A stretch of DNA of 64,000 nucleotides from Octopus bimaculoides (Eukaryota), in the NCBI RefSeq assembly GCF_001194135.2, contig NC_068983.1, forward strand, positions 73,716,702 through 73,780,701. Reading direction: 5' to 3'. The notes below the pieces were generated by a model. That model did not search any database, was not told the origin of the DNA, and saw nothing but the letters and a program-made list of their open reading frames with translations. Positions 63,993 through 64,000 of this stretch are shown here, in pieces. The first letter of the stretch is position 1. The number at the start of each line of letters is the position of its first letter. The translations under genes were made by a program, and so were the position numbers.

Positions 63993-64000
63993 GATAACTA

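Overview
AT-rich, microsatellite-dense eukaryotic DNA with many N-gaps. The repeat repertoire looks like an octopus genome (inference from tRNA-derived CORE-type SINEs, RTE tails ending in (TGA)n and the TE mix; not verified). I could not identify any intact protein-coding gene. Almost all recognisable sequence is transposon debris: at least four SINE families with interchangeable heads and tails; fragments of RTE, R4/Dong-like, CRE-like and Penelope-like (PLE) retroelements; three mariner and two maT/DD37D relics; a CGGBP1-like hAT transposase pseudogene; and several MITEs. Two short phase-compatible minus-strand segments (24.0 kb and 16.5 kb) may be host exons (low confidence). The most interesting signal is a set of minimal type I hammerhead ribozyme motifs. 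Three copies lie in a 382-bp-unit tandem-plus-inverted PLE-like repeat at 17.5-18.5 kb, each next to a 38-aa PLE-like micro-ORF where that part of the unit is present. One lies in a tRNA-headed (Pol III) element at 24.2-24.5 kb, and a degenerate one is at 34.9 kb. R4/Dong-like endonuclease fragments all sit in (TAA)n tracts. A CpG-retaining domain (about 29-56 kb) lies between two CpG-depleted flanks. Most ORFs in the supplied track are artefacts of N-gaps and microsatellites.
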